A DNA stretch of 64,000 bases, from assembly GCF_001194135.2 (NCBI RefSeq), contig NC_068984.1:105308835-105372834 (forward strand), read 5' to 3'. Shown here piece by piece: positions 24,787 through 37,479 of this stretch. Below the pieces are notes generated by a model that was not told where the DNA came from, made no database searches, and worked only from the letters and a program-made list of their open reading frames with translations. The first letter of the stretch is position 1. Each line of letters begins with the position of its first letter. The position numbers and the translations under genes are program-made. The stretch comes from Octopus bimaculoides (taxonomy: Eukaryota).

Positions 24787-25015
24787 CGTGTATATATTTG
24801 TGTGTGTGTGTCTGTGTTTGTTCCCCCACCATCTCTTGACAACCAATACTGGTGTGTTTATGTCCCCGTAACTTAGCGGTTTAGCAAAAGTGACTGATGG
24901 AATAAGTACTACGCTTACAAAGAATAAGTGCTGGGGTTGATTTCTTCGAATAAAACCCTTTAATGCAGTGCTCCAGCATGGCCGCAGTCAAATGATTGAA
25001 ACAAGTAAAAGAATA
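24660..25015 (+). mobile_element. SINE family B with composite tail
   Basis: Homologous to 8853-9330. Confidence 0.8.
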
Positions 25016-25239
25016 GGCAGTATTGAAAGTTTCCATAGAAAATCAGAATTGAAAGAATAAATACTGTTATTAATATAGTCTACTGGTCCAGTTAGGGGTA
25101 CTTTAGAATTTGTAATCCTTCTTATGGATCTCTTATCATTCCTAAATAAGACGGCGATGGTAACCTGAAATCATACTATTAAAAGGGACGGAATTGGTCA
25201 GGGGACATAACTCTTGTTATATTTAGGTGAAAATTTCTT

Positions 25240-25830
25240 ATTAAATTATTTCGTTTTTAGATTTGGTTTGCAAGATTCTTTATGTGAATTCGTGTGTTGA
25301 AGCATACTCTGTTGTGTCTCCGGAGAGTCATTCTATTTTAGTGCCTTATAATTTAACACACTCACCGGTAAAATTTCCACTCATTTCCTTAATTTTTCTA
25401 AAACTTATTGCGTTTTGCAACCTTTTCAATAGTTTTGACTCTGTCCGTTATTCACACTGCGTTCTTTTTGTTTGTTTGTGCGCATGTGTGTGTGTGTGCA
25501 TGTGTGCATACACATGTATATTTGTATGCATGCCTGTGTGTATATGCATGTATATATGTGTGTACATTTGCATGTATGTATTCTGCATATTCATGTGTTT
25601 GTGAGTTTTTATGTGTGTGTGTGCGTGTGTGTATGTACCTCTGTTTCCTTGTGTGTGCCTGTCTGAGTGTATGTGTTTTTTTCAATTATGTACTGTTTGT
25701 ATGTATGTATATCTCCATATGTATGGACGTGTGTATCCATACGTGTCCTTGTGTGAAGTGAAGTGTGTGTGTATATATGGTCATGTGTTTCAGTCTTCAT
25801 TTGTGTATGTGTGCTTGTCTGTTCATATAA
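25240..25830. mobile_element. Partial copy of the long-TIR foldback element (one arm + spacer)
   Basis: Arm tggtttgcaagattctttatgtgaatt...gcaaccttttcaatag and TG-rich spacer match 45765-46410. Confidence 0.7.
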
Positions 25831-25974
25831 CCTATGTATCTATCCGTCTGTATATTTATGTTTACTTTCATAGCCATATGCTTACATACATGTGCATATA
25901 CATATATACATACACCCCCACACACACATACATCTATCTACATAACAGCCCACTATTCTACTCTACCTGTATAG

Positions 25975-27100
25975 TCTGTGGGTATATCTACTATGTATAT
26001 TTTCTATTTAGTATTGGAGAAATTTCATTTATGAGGACGTACTCCTGTTTTTGTCTGAGTGTTGGGTCCTTGGATAAGATACAGATGTCAAGTCGATCCA
26101 GGTTGCCTCCATGTTGGTAGAATATGGAGGACTGTTTTTTATTGTCATATTGTCTCAAATGTTCATTTAGTCATTCTGCAATGCTCCTAGATGTCTCCCC
26201 TATGTATGTCATGTTCATGTCTTTACAAGCATCTTTTATGCATCTTATGCTGTAAACTACATTTCTCGTTCTACAGTTAATGCTTATTAAAATTTTAGTA
26301 ATTTGTAGATGTGTGATTGGTGGATTGGCTAGTTGTACTTGTTTGCGTATACTGCATGTATATGCTTGTGCAGTTAGTGTGCATGCTTCGTATGTATGTC
26401 AGACTATAATCGTTGTTACATATTATTTGTAGATTGTGTGTGTAGAAATAATTTATGTAGCTAATTTAGATGGGTATGTTGGGTGTTGAAATTGTGTGGT
26501 TATTCCACTATATTTTCCTGCAAGAGGTGGGGGCTTGATGTAGAAGCATCCTCTGAAGATCTCACTTTCATTATTCAAGTATATTTTATTGGATTTTAAT
26601 CCCTGTAATATCCAGAACTTTTCAGTTAGGTAAAGATCACATTTGTTTGTTTTTCTGCTATATAGCTTGGACCTATCCTAAATTTACCTGTTGATGTTAT
26701 ATGGTATTCTTTTTATTTTTAATTCCCAGACTCTGCTTCATAAAGGCCACTGATGTCCTCTTTTCTGAATGTTTACAGTACACAATATGTGAACAGTACC
26801 TGTTGCTTAAAAAGTGTCTTCTTACCATATTCACATATTTTTCTTCACTCTGGTTGATTTCAACTGGTGTAAAGGTGATTTCATGCAGTATAGATTTCAC
26901 TTTACATTTTTGTTGTAGCAAGTAGTCATCCTTTATTCTGAAGAAACATCTTGGCTTTCCTCCAGATTTGACTTTCTGTATGATTTTTGACCTCATGGAA
27001 AGTCCACAGGAATAGCTGATTTTTACTGAACATCTTACTATAATTATGGTGAGGGAGGAACTGCTAATCTATTAGGTTAAAAAAGTTTCTACTAATGTTA
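25975..27100 (-). mobile_element. Penelope-like element, degenerate (RT end + GIY-YIG endonuclease)
   Basis: INCRTRNVVYSIRCIKDACKDMNMTYIGETSRSIAE*LNEHLR...RQKQEYVLINEISPILNRKYT* (GIY-YIG); upstream FFRIKDDY...IVYCKH is divergent RT-like sequence. Confidence 0.75.
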
Positions 27101-27614
27101 CTCTTAAGAAACAGTGCACTCAAGCACCCTGTTGTTTTGCACAGTGTTCTTCCTCCTTTGACTAAAAACAAATATATATATATATTTAGGGTATATAGAA
27201 CAACAGAATGATGCTCAGGGTCAAAGGTAATTTATTTTGAAATGAGCCAATGACAAAAGTAGAGTACTGTATTTATTTATATATGATACTCACTCATAGG
27301 TGATGAAATGCTGAAAAAGAATCTCTTATATATAATATGCATTGACTTTTCTTTGGCAATTCAATGTATATATAAAAAAAAACAACATAATTTTCAAGGC
27401 CTGATTAAGTATAATTTTATAACAATTCTTCTTATCAGCACAAGGCTGCTAAATTGGAGGGGAAAGATATTATATTAGAATGCGCTATAAGAATTTAAAT
27501 TGACTGCAATACTTGACTGATACTTTATTTTATTGACTCCCAGAAGGATGAAAACCACATCAACCATCAGCAGGATTTGAGCTCATAAGGCAAAGGCCTG
27601 TAACTAAGTATTGA

Positions 27615-27990
27615 TTACAAATTTTGGCACAAGGCCAGCTATTTTGGGGCAGGGTAAGTCGATTAGATCAACCCCAGTACTCAACTAGTACTTATTTTAA
27701 TCAATCCTGAAAAAGGATGAATAGCAAAGACGACCTAGGTGGAATTTGAACTCAGAATGTGAAGATAGATGAAATGCCACTAAGCATTTTGGCTGGTGTG
27801 CTAATGATTCTGCTGGCTTGCCACTTTCCTGTAACTAAATATTGGTTTCAAGTTTTGATGCAAGGCCAGCAATTTCGGTTACATTGACTCCAGTGCTCAA
27901 CTGGTATTTATTTTACCAACCCTGAAAGGACGAAAGACAAAGTTGACCTTCCTAACTATTGCAAGGCATTTTGGCCCAATTCATTGACAA
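27615..27990 (-). mobile_element. Tandem SINE family A copies
   Basis: ggcacaaggccagc...ggatga...atttgaactcagaa...ggcttgccac. Confidence 0.75.
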
Positions 27991-29063
27991 TTTTATCAGT
28001 TAATCCAATAGCATACTTGCTACCTGACACTTTCTTGATTGTTTTTTTTCTATCTGGATTATTATTAGTAGTTAGGTTTAAATGTTGCTTGCATTGTATG
28101 TGTTCACACTAATTGTTTCTTATGTGGAAAGCATATTTGGGATACCTGTTAGCAAAAATGGTTAGTTTTAGAATTTGTATTGATGTGAACATTTTTTTAT
28201 AGAGTACAAAATGTCAGGGAAATAATTTCACTCTAGAGTAAAAAGTCTAGAGTGTGGTCTTTTATATTTTAGAGAACTTACCTCAACGGAAAACAATAAC
28301 TTTTTTTCTTAGCTAGGAAAAAATTAGAGCCAAAATTAAATGAATAAAGTTAGACTATGTGAATGAAGTATAAGGTAAAGAAGAGAAACAACTCAATACC
28401 TTAAAAGTCCATTAAAAATATTGATGTCCCTTTAATATTCGTTTCAAGTATTTTTTCATGTGAATTGAATTAAAGAGTAAGAAATTATTTGAAACCCAGT
28501 CGAGGTGGATTGATGAATTGATTAAGAGCCGGATAAAATAACTTGCGGTATTAAGTTACGACCATTTATAATTTGAATTTAAATGCAGCTGAAGTCAAGT
28601 TTGCTTTCCGCTCCCATCCAGGATCGGTAAAGATGAAGTGTTATTCAAGTAGAGAAAATTCGATTGATATTCCTATAAAGCATCTGAATGAAATATTAAA
28701 AGTGTTCGGCGATTTTTAAAGATATGAAATGGCTTTTTTTTAACCTACAGATTTAAAATAGTGTCCGCAAATAGCATAAACATAACAACTTTATAACATA
28801 CCTTGCATTGTTCTTAATATTCATTAAAAACGATTTTATTCAGAACAAATGTCTTCAGAATACAAATTTAAAATATCAATTATTTCCCTTAGTTCACCTT
28901 TTTAAAATAGGTAATTATTTAGTGTGGACCGCTTTGAAATTTATCTGGTTCCTTTTGTATATTTACATGTTTGATATTTTGTTTATAGTATTTAGTTTAC
29001 AATATTCTGCCAACTAATTAGCTCTTACAATGAAAGTTTAAAACAATTTTAACATAAAAAAAC

Positions 29064-29408
29064 ATGTCTGAACGTGGCGTTGGCAGCTCATCGTTTTGGG
29101 AAAGTCAAAATTACTACAGTCGATTGGGTGTTCCTTGTGGTCATCCTCGTCGCTACGATAGCAGTAATGTTGTACGTTTACCCTCTGACTCTCGAACCAA
29201 ACTCACCAACAAATACGATCAAAATACAAAGACAGAAGGAGAACAACAGATTAAATACTTAGCACAAAAGCAACTTGATACTAAACTGACAAAGGAACAG
29301 TACATGTCTCATCAACGAACTTTCGTTGAAAAGGTCCTTTATAAACCAAAAACAGCTGAATTGAAAGGAATCTGCTCTTTGGACTCTTTTAATAAAATTC
29401 AGAAGCAG
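29064..29408 (+). CDS. RBM41: RNA-binding protein 41 (U11/U12-65K paralog), coding exon 1
   Basis: ATG at 29064; TEGEQQIKYLAQKQLDTKLTKEQYMSHQRTFVEKVLYKP...SLDSFNKIQKQ resembles the RBM41 N-terminus (TEGERQLKSLLQHQLDT...FAPGTMYKP); donor CAG|GTAATA, phase 0, 115 codons. Confidence 0.88.
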
Positions 29409-29697
29409 GTAATACATTTAGTTATTACAATTACTAGACTATCGTGTTGCACAATTACTCATGTATACAAAAACTGTGACCGTAAAAGGGGTGCATTGAT
29501 TCGGCCAGATCAAAATGGTCCCAATACTCTTGAAGCAAATTTGATCAATATTTTAGGTCGTTTTTCTCTGACTAATTTAAAGCATTTCAATATGTTTGGA
29601 AAGCCTTAATCTTGACACTCTGCAACCAAAGAAAACAAACTACGGTCAAATGTATACCATCTACAACAGTGTTCAGGAGTTCGATGTGGCTGCAATT

Positions 29698-29933
29698 TTC
29701 TGCAGGTTATGCAACTTCCGTAGAGCTGGGGGTTGAGAACGTTTTTGTATCTACAGGACTCATCGCCGTTTTAATAGAGTGGAAAGTGGTCCGGGTACGT
29801 GGGTGCGCGCGTCGGGTCACTCTTCTTAAGTAGTACCCGGGTCACTATCCACTCAATTAAAACGGCGATAAGTCCTGTAGATACAAAAAAGTTCTCAACT
29901 CCCAGCTCTACGGAAGTTGCATAACTTGCAGAA
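29698..29933. repeat. Near-perfect inverted repeat (101-bp arms, 34-nt loop) in the RBM41 intron
   Basis: Arms 29698-29798 and 29833-29933; by manual alignment 93/101 positions are Watson-Crick complementary. Confidence 0.95.
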
Positions 29934-29939
29934 GCAAGT

Positions 29940-30538
29940 CAGTGGCACCCCGCGATACCCCCCCCCCTTCCACATGTATAAATGTGTAAACAGTAAATCG
30001 GGGGTGTGGGGTTTTTGTGTACACCCATCATACTCTTGAGTCTGCGTTTTGCATTTTTTCAGTAACACTCAACTGAGTTTCTTTCGAGGGAAAAATGTGT
30101 GGAAACTGGGGACGAATGTTTTCAGAACATACTAAAACATCTTTCAGAATGGTTCACATTTGAATAACATTTTATTTCATTATTTTCACTTTTCTTTATG
30201 ACTACTTTTGAGTAAGATTTTATTTCAAAATTTGTTTTATTTTCACTTTTATGTNNNNNNNNNNNNNNNNNNNNNNNNNNNNNNNNNNNNNNNNNNNNNN
30301 NNNNNNNNNNNNNNNNNNNNNNNNNNNNNNNNNNNNNNNNNNNNNNNNNNNNNNNNNNNNNNNNNNNNNNNNNNNNNNNNNNNNNNNNNNNNNNNNNNNN
30401 NNNNNNNNNNNNNNNNNNNNNNNNNNNNNNNNNNNNNNNNNNNNNNNNNNNNNNNNNNNNNNNNNNNNNNNNNNNNNNNNNNNNNNNNNNNNNNNNNNNN
30501 NACGTGTGGAGGGTTTTTTTTTATCGCGGGTGCTACTG
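29940..30538. mobile_element. Non-autonomous TIR element (CAGT-terminated)
   Basis: cagtggcaccccgcgata...ccacatgt versus acgtgtgg...tatcgcgggtgctactg; contains gap 30255-30501. Confidence 0.55.
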
Positions 30539-31489
30539 ATTTGCGCGTGTGCGTGCGTCCGTCTACTGACGGGTGCGCGCTGGGATATGAAAATTATTCA
30601 TTTAATATGTCCAGTTATATTTTTCATCGACGGAGGTAAAGAATACGCACACCACCCATTTTCTGAAATTATTAGGCACATGCATTTTTCCTTCTGTTAT
30701 TTTAATTATAAGGAAGGACAAATTAAGTTCCTTAGTTATTTAGGGAATAAAAAACAAAATGTACCCCCTCTTCCCCCATCAAATTTACTTATGTGAAGAA
30801 ACTTAAAAATTGCCATAAGTTTTGTTTTCATAAGAAGTGCTATCAAACTGAGCCGACATTTTCAGTTGTTCCACTACTGTTTTTGGTAGAGGCATAAATG
30901 TCACAGCTTCTATTCCCTGCAATCATATGTTGATTAATACTTGTGATCACAAAAGAAAGGGTAATTGACTCTTGATTGTGATTATTAACATTTTAATCAT
31001 TGTAACTGGGAATTTAGCCAGAACCTGAAAGTGATTGTTTATCAAACCCACATCATGAACCTCAGCTTTCAATGTGTTTTTAATAATTGTTTTTTACATG
31101 GAAATAGGAGGGTTTGTTTTGTTGATATGGAATTGGCCAATCAAGACTGTTTATCAGTCCTACCTTGGCTCATCAAACCAACTGTCCTTCTGCCAAGGCA
31201 CTGATAAACAGTAATCATAGACAAAGGCTTCAGCAGTCCACTCATCTTCAGGAAACACTTCATGCTGGACATTCTTAACAAATTTTATCTCGATTACATC
31301 ATCGAATTTTGATATTTCTGACAAAGACTATAACTAGCTTACTTGCACATACATCCACACATTAAAAACTTGTATCGTTGAATACCTAAACGTACCCTGC
31401 ACACATGCACATAGTTATTTCTATACAGTATGAAAGAATTGTCAGAATGACGTACCTTTTGTAAAGGTAAAGTTACCTTGTTTCATGGT

Positions 31490-31645
31490 GTTATATTCCC
31501 CATCTAGATGGGATGCCAGTCCATTGCAGGATTACTCGTTTTTGCCAGCTGATGGTCTGGAGCAATGTGAAATGAAGTGTCTTGCTCAAGAATACAATGT
31601 GTCACCCTGGTTCAGGAATTGAAACCACAATCTTACGACCATGAG
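31490..31645 (-). mobile_element. SINE family C
   Basis: gaaatgaagtgtcttgctcaagaatacaatg...ggaattgaaaccacaatcttacg is the reverse complement of the family C body. Confidence 0.65.
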
Positions 31646-31662
31646 TTGTATCAGATATTTAG

Positions 31663-31847
31663 CCCTTTAGCATTCAAATTATTCTATCAAATGTAATGCT
31701 TATTTAACCATGTAGTATCTTGTAGCTTTCAGATTTTGATGATGTAATTGTATATTTTTAGATTGACATTGCAGGGTAGTTGTGAGTGACCTGATCTGGC
31801 TGATTTGAACATAAAACAGGTTGACTATTTTGGCTAGATGTGGGTTA
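31663..31847. mobile_element. piggyBac-type MITE (degenerate)
   Basis: ccctttagcattcaaatt...; internal match to 48160-48372. Confidence 0.6.
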
Positions 31848-32287
31848 ATTTGAAAACTTCTGGACCCTAAATAGAAGAGAAAGATGGCTCAACTACTTTG
31901 ATGTTATTGACAGAAATATAGACAAGATGACTTAGGGAATCTATCAAAAAACTAAATGGAGACAGAAATACCTGGTGTGGCATTGTGAAACAGATCATGC
32001 CAGACTTCATACTATACTGTATATTAATAAAATGGTAAAGTCAGTCATTGGATAATTGTTTTATTTAATTTGTCAAGTGCTCGTCTTTTCATATAGCCAA
32101 GTATTAGCCTTATACATCCCCAGGCATCAGGGAATGGAGATGATGCTCTTTTTCAAAATATCAATGTAAATAGAAAGAACTATTGCAACTTCATATTTTT
32201 TACCATTACTCTGCTCTGAGTTTTTAATTTGATTCTTGAATTACTTCAAGAATAAACTAAACAAGACTGGGAATAACTTTTCTTTAA

Positions 32288-32503
32288 CCCTTTAACATTT
32301 AAATTGGCCATATCCAACCCAAACAATCCACCTGTTTTATATTCAAACTGGCTAGATCTGGCCTCTTACACCTACCCTACAATGTCATTCTAAAACTATA
32401 TATAACCACATCATCAAAATTTCAAAATCACAAGATAATACATTACTAATTCAAAACAATGTGAATAAATAAGCATTACATTTGACATCTGAATGCCAGA
32501 GAG
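32288..32503. mobile_element. piggyBac-type MITE just upstream of RBM41 exon 2
   Basis: TTAA|CCCTTTAACAT...ATGCCAGAGAG|TTAA. Confidence 0.75.
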
Positions 32504-32598
32504 TTAAATATTTACCAAGTGTGTGTTTTGTCATATTGTTTTACACCAATTATTAATGTACACTTTTAAACTGATGTCTAATATTTCTCTCTTTTAAG

Positions 32599-33519
32599 GA
32601 TGAGGAACTTGAATTTCTTCGGCAATGTGGTTTGTCTGAAGATGAGATTTGTCTCAAGAAAGAACATGATTCTGCTGCAGAAGAAATACCAGCTCAGAAA
32701 CGGAGCAGATATGGTATGAACCCTAGTGTACAAAAAGAAATTATACAGAATATAAATGAGAAAATAAATGAGAAGAAAGCTAATTCTAAAATTCCTAATT
32801 CATTTAATGGGGCACGCAATATAAGCCGACTTCGGATGGAATTGGAGAATGCTGTTAGAACTCCTAACAAAACCTCTCTAATGAACTGTTTAATTACCAC
32901 AAACACCAAAGACACCAATGTATGTGAAGAACACCCTATTAATCAGTTAAAAGATATTTCTGATAGTTTGTTGACTAAAAAACGCAAAATCCATTCTCCA
33001 ATAAAGAATGGCACTTTTGACAAAACAGAGACTGATGACACAGAAATAAAGTCAGAAAATATCTGGAAGGGTGTCGAAACTTTACCTGAAGAAAATCACA
33101 CAGTCAATCATGTTTCATCTTCTGATGAAAATTCCAAAAGTAACAGCTTAGGTCTTACACATATTGAAGATGAAGTGCAACCTATTTCAAAAGAATTGAT
33201 TTCCAAAAACTGTATTTCAACAGAAGAAATTCTTTTAATCAGTAGATTCAAAGAATATCATCCTGGCGAAAAAAATAATACTTTATATTTGAAAAATCTT
33301 TCTAAAAAAGTGACTGAATATGATCTGATCAAACTTTTTCTTCACTTTCAAACAGAAAAATTTCCCATTCAGTATAAATTGCTCTCTGGTAAAATGCGAG
33401 GACAAGCATTTATAACTTTTGAAACTGCACACATTGCAGAAGAAGCATTAGAACTGGTTAACGGTTATGTCTTGAAAGGTAAACCTATTATCATACAATA
33501 TGGAAAAAGGCAATTTTAA
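32599..33519 (+). CDS. RBM41: RBM41 coding exon 2 (terminal exon with C-terminal RRM)
   Basis: Acceptor tctctcttttaAG, then DEELEFLRQCGLSEDEI (cf. RBM41 LRELGLNETEI); ends in RRM YHPGEKNNTLYLKNLS...GKMRGQAFITF...ALELVNGYVLKGKPIIIQYGK, stop TAA 33517-33519. Spliced product about 421 aa. Confidence 0.92.
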   Translation, partial: DEELEFLRQCGLSEDEICLKKEHDSAAEEIPAQKRSRYGMNPSVQKEIIQNINEKINEKKANSKIPNSFNGARNISRLRMELENAVRTPNKTSLMNCLITTNTKDTNVCEEHPINQLKDISDSLLTKKRKIHSPIKNGTFDKTETDDTEIKSENIWKGVETLPEENHTVNHVSSSDENSKSNSLGLTHIEDEVQPISKELISKNCISTEEILLISRFKEYHPGEKNNTLYLKNLSKKVTEYDLIKLFLHFQTEKFPIQYKLLSGKMRGQAFITFETAHIAEEALELVNGYVLKGKPIIIQYGKRQF

Positions 33520-33569
33520 TTTATTTTCCTAAAAGACAAATATATTTAATTTATTTTGTAAAATATTAA

Positions 33570-33585
33570 AATAAAAATAAATAAA
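33570..33585 (+). terminator. Candidate RBM41 polyadenylation signals (three AATAAA)
   Basis: AATAAA at 33570, 33576 and 33580, about 50 nt after the stop codon. Confidence 0.5.
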
Positions 33586-34794
33586 TCTAATATATTTTAT
33601 AGGCTTGTTAAACATCAACATCATGTCATATAACCCTGGTAGTGATGGAGGTGCTTGTTGTGGTGGTAGTGATGGCAGCAGCAGGTGGTTTCTACTATAG
33701 TGCTGGACCAGCTAAAGCCTTGTGAGCAGATTTGGTATGAAAGAAGTGTGTGTGTGTGTGTGTGTGTGTCTCCTTGTTTTTTTTATTGCATTAAAGTTGT
33801 AAGGAAGCATCACTATCATACAGTTTCCAATATTCTGCAAAAACATGTTTGGCCATGGAGATATATATTACCTTGTTTGGAAACACATGAGGATTTGCAA
33901 CTGGAATGTCATCCAGTTGTAGAAAATCTGCCTCACAGAATTCAGTCTGACCCATGCAAGTATGGAAATATGGATGTTAAAATGATGATAATGTTGTTTC
34001 AAGCCAAAGAGGAATTCTGCATAGGTGCCACTTTAACATGCTGCAGGCCTTGCCATTTACACTTTAGCATGCAAACTAACTCCAAACCTTAATCCTAATG
34101 TAGATCAGGTCATTTCACAGTGTACGATACAGATAGAGTGGTAGACCACATACTGAAGTAGCACCCCTGTAATTCTGAACTCTTTTGCTTTCATCTATCT
34201 CCACTCAGCTTGATGAGCAAACGAACTGGGGGTGGGTATCTTTTAATGAATGTTTATACAAATACTTTTCAAATGGCTCAGATTACAATTATAAAGAAAT
34301 TTGTGTGAAAAAATTTTTCCAAGTGGGTGGGGAGAGGAGTTTCGGATCAAAAAGACCACATAAGTTGGAATTTCTCCGTTTTGACGGGGATTTTTCCAAT
34401 TGTTTTTCACCACAGCTTCGAAATGATGGAGAACATCTTTTTATGAAAAAAAACAGTTTGGGAAATTTATGATTTTTTTTTTACTCTCTTAATTTTAATA
34501 GCATACTTTTCTGTTAGAAAAATTTTTTATTGCATAATCGTATTCAATCCATTATGCAGAAGACAATCGAAAAAGTTTTGTGAAAATTCTTAAAAATAAA
34601 AAATAGTTACGGGTGGTTTTAGTACGTGCTTACATCAGAATTCCACCAGCTTGTGTAAGTTGAACTATGGAAAATGTCATCAATGATGTTTGTTGTGGTT
34701 CATTATGGTAGGAGGGTTTAATTAAAGCCAGTTAAATCCGGTCTTCTTTAGGTAGTACAGCATGATGAAAGGAAGGAAAGAATGGTTCTGCAGT

Positions 34795-35210
34795 ACTCCA
34801 TATTGAGGGAAAATGGATGCTAGCAATTCCAAGGTTGTGCAAATACTTAGAGGAGGAATAAATAATACATTCTGGTGAGAGAAGAGATAGATAGGTAAGG
34901 GGTTTGTATCAAATATAGATATATACTGTTCAGTGTATTGAGGAGTATTCACTCCAGAGAGAAAATGAATGCTAGCTGTTCCAGAGTTGTGCAAATACCA
35001 AGAGGAGGAATAGATAATACATTCTGGTAGGAGAAAAGATAGACAGGTAGCTAAGAGCATTGTATTAGATATACACTGTTCAGTATATTGAGGGGTATCC
35101 AGTCCAGAGAGAAGGAATAAATAAATAATACACTCTGGTATGAGAAAGACAGGTAGATAACTAGATAAGGGCATTGCAGTAGATATATACTGCTGAGGGG
35201 TATTATTGTC
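34795..35210. repeat. Degenerate minisatellite, about 3 units of 105-150 bp
   Basis: tattgagg...gttgtgcaaatac..gaggaggaata..taatacattctggt recurs near 34801, 34936, 35086 and 35191. Confidence 0.75.
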
Positions 35211-37479
35211 GAGGGAAATTAGAGGAAGTGAGTGCAAGGGCAGGTAAAATGGCATTCCCATCCAAAGAAATTAGGATGGGGGCAAATGTAAAGACAGACA
35301 AATAAGGGGAAAAATAACATAAGGCAGATGCCAGACCTATAGGGCTGGGTATCAATGTAGGTAATAAAGTGGACATAAAAAAAGATAATAGACAAGTCTA
35401 TAGTGGGTGGGCATATTTTACTAGAGGGGATATGTAGGGTTGACTAGCTACTAAGAAAAGCTAGAAATAGATGTCAACTAGTAAAGAAAAGATTTAAAAA
35501 TAAAACTAAGGTTAAGATAATGTTATAAAAGTAAAATAAAAAATAATTAAATTTAAAATAAAGTTGATGCTTAAAATTAAAAGTAAGAAATGAGCAGCCA
35601 TAGTGCTAATGAAGCTACATTGTTAATGAGGCCTACAGAAGAACTAGGGGCCTAAGGAATCTATGTATATATGGAGAGAAGGTTTAGTGCTGTTCATTTA
35701 ATAACAGTAAAACAGTTATGTATGTGGAAGTGTCAGATATATTGGGTCATCCGATAATGCAGTTTTTTCAATTGCATGAACTAACTATAAAAGCAGGTAG
35801 TAATTTTACCTTGTACTTATTCTTAGTGCAAGTTTTGAAGAATTTGGTTTGTATTGTGGTTTAAATATTGTTGTACTGTTGTTTGAATTGTTGTAGTGTT
35901 TGCTGAACACTTTGGTTTTTGCTACCTTGTGGCAGTCTGGTTGTACTTTCCCTCCTCATAGAGGAGGGTAGGTCAGGTAGGAAAATGGAAGACATCAGAT
36001 TTTCAGATAGCAGCTACACTGAGGTCTCCGATTCTGAGAAGTTGGATATTCCATGGACCACTAAGAAGGAAAAAAAAGCAAGGCTAGATAGAAGCAAACC
36101 CTGGTGGAACAAAATCCTATCATAACTGTTGAGTAACTAGCAGAGAAGCTTGAATTTGGTCATTCAATCATTCATCAACACCTACACTAGAAGAGCATTG
36201 TAGAAAATGAAGGAGAGTATATTTTAGATTAAAAAAGAACTTTGTTTTCTTAATTAGTAGTATAAAAAAAACATATTATTTATGGATTTACCCAATATAT
36301 ATATATATATTATTAGGCTTGGGTATACACCTGGTGCTATGCCATTCCAAACTACAAAACCCTGTTTGCAATCAGCTATGGGCAAATAACAAAATGCATT
36401 ATAATTGAACCAAGTGAAACCAAGTTTATTGAGCGAGGTACCATTTGAAAAGTCACCTGATGAGACCCATCTGCACCACAGCTAATTGTCCAGAATCTCA
36501 CCTGTGAGAGACTGATGCATAATAGGTTGAAATGATCATTGTGATTAATAAAGAATCTCATGAATTCCATTTTCTCTTCCTCTCATTTGTTATGTATATA
36601 TATGTGTGTGTGTGTGCATGTATATATATATATATATATATGTATGTATATATCCTCATCAGTGTCCCCAGTGTAACTCCATAGCAAAATCCATACCTGG
36701 AACTCAAATTACATTCATGCAGCCATTGCAAATATATGCAGCTTCTTTTTTTAGACTTATTATTTAAAACAAATCTTTTCCTTCAAACATACATTGAAAC
36801 TGACAGAAGTGACCATCATGTGTGTGTGTGTATATGTATGTATGTATGCATGCATGCATGTACGTATGTATGTGGGTACCATCATCGTTTATAAAAATCC
36901 ACTTTTTCATGCTTGCATGGGCAGACGGAATTTATTGCAGCAAATTTTCTGTGGCTGTATATCCCTCCTGTCACCAACCTTTATTTCTTGCCAAGCAGGA
37001 TATTTTCCCATTACCAGACATATTTTTGCAGAATTTTGGAAATGAATGGCTTTCATTTACAGCAATCATGTCATGTCAAGAAAAATAGGCACAAATATAC
37101 ACCCCCTCCTCACACTCACATATATACACATACATGCACACGTATGTATACACAATGAGCATCTTTCAATTTTCTGTCTACTAACTCCATTCACAAGGCT
37201 TGGTCAGCCTGCAGCTACTGTAGAAGACACCCAAGATGTTATGCAGTGAGACTGAACTTGAAACCATGAGGGTGGGAAGCAGACTTAACTACATATTATG
37301 CCTCTGCTGCAACTCTCCAATGAAAGATTTAATTCAAGAAGTCTAACTGGATCTGACAGCTTTACTATTTTAAGTACATAATCTTAGCAGCTTAAGACTT
37401 AATACGATAAGATCAAGGATCAATGTAAAGTGGTGGTGGTCTGCACTGGCAAAAATTGATCCAAAACAGACAGAGGCAT

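Noticed and set aside
25263-26120. Cys/Val/Tyr-rich and His/Thr-rich ORFs (also at 10041, 36794, 38316, 45902, 58756-59988, 63487)
   Set aside because: Products of (TG)n/(TA)n/(CA)n microsatellites.
27190-27230. Possible micro-exon tttag|...GGTCAAAG|gtaatt upstream of RBM41
   Set aside because: No homology; RBM41 already has a good ATG with in-frame conserved sequence.
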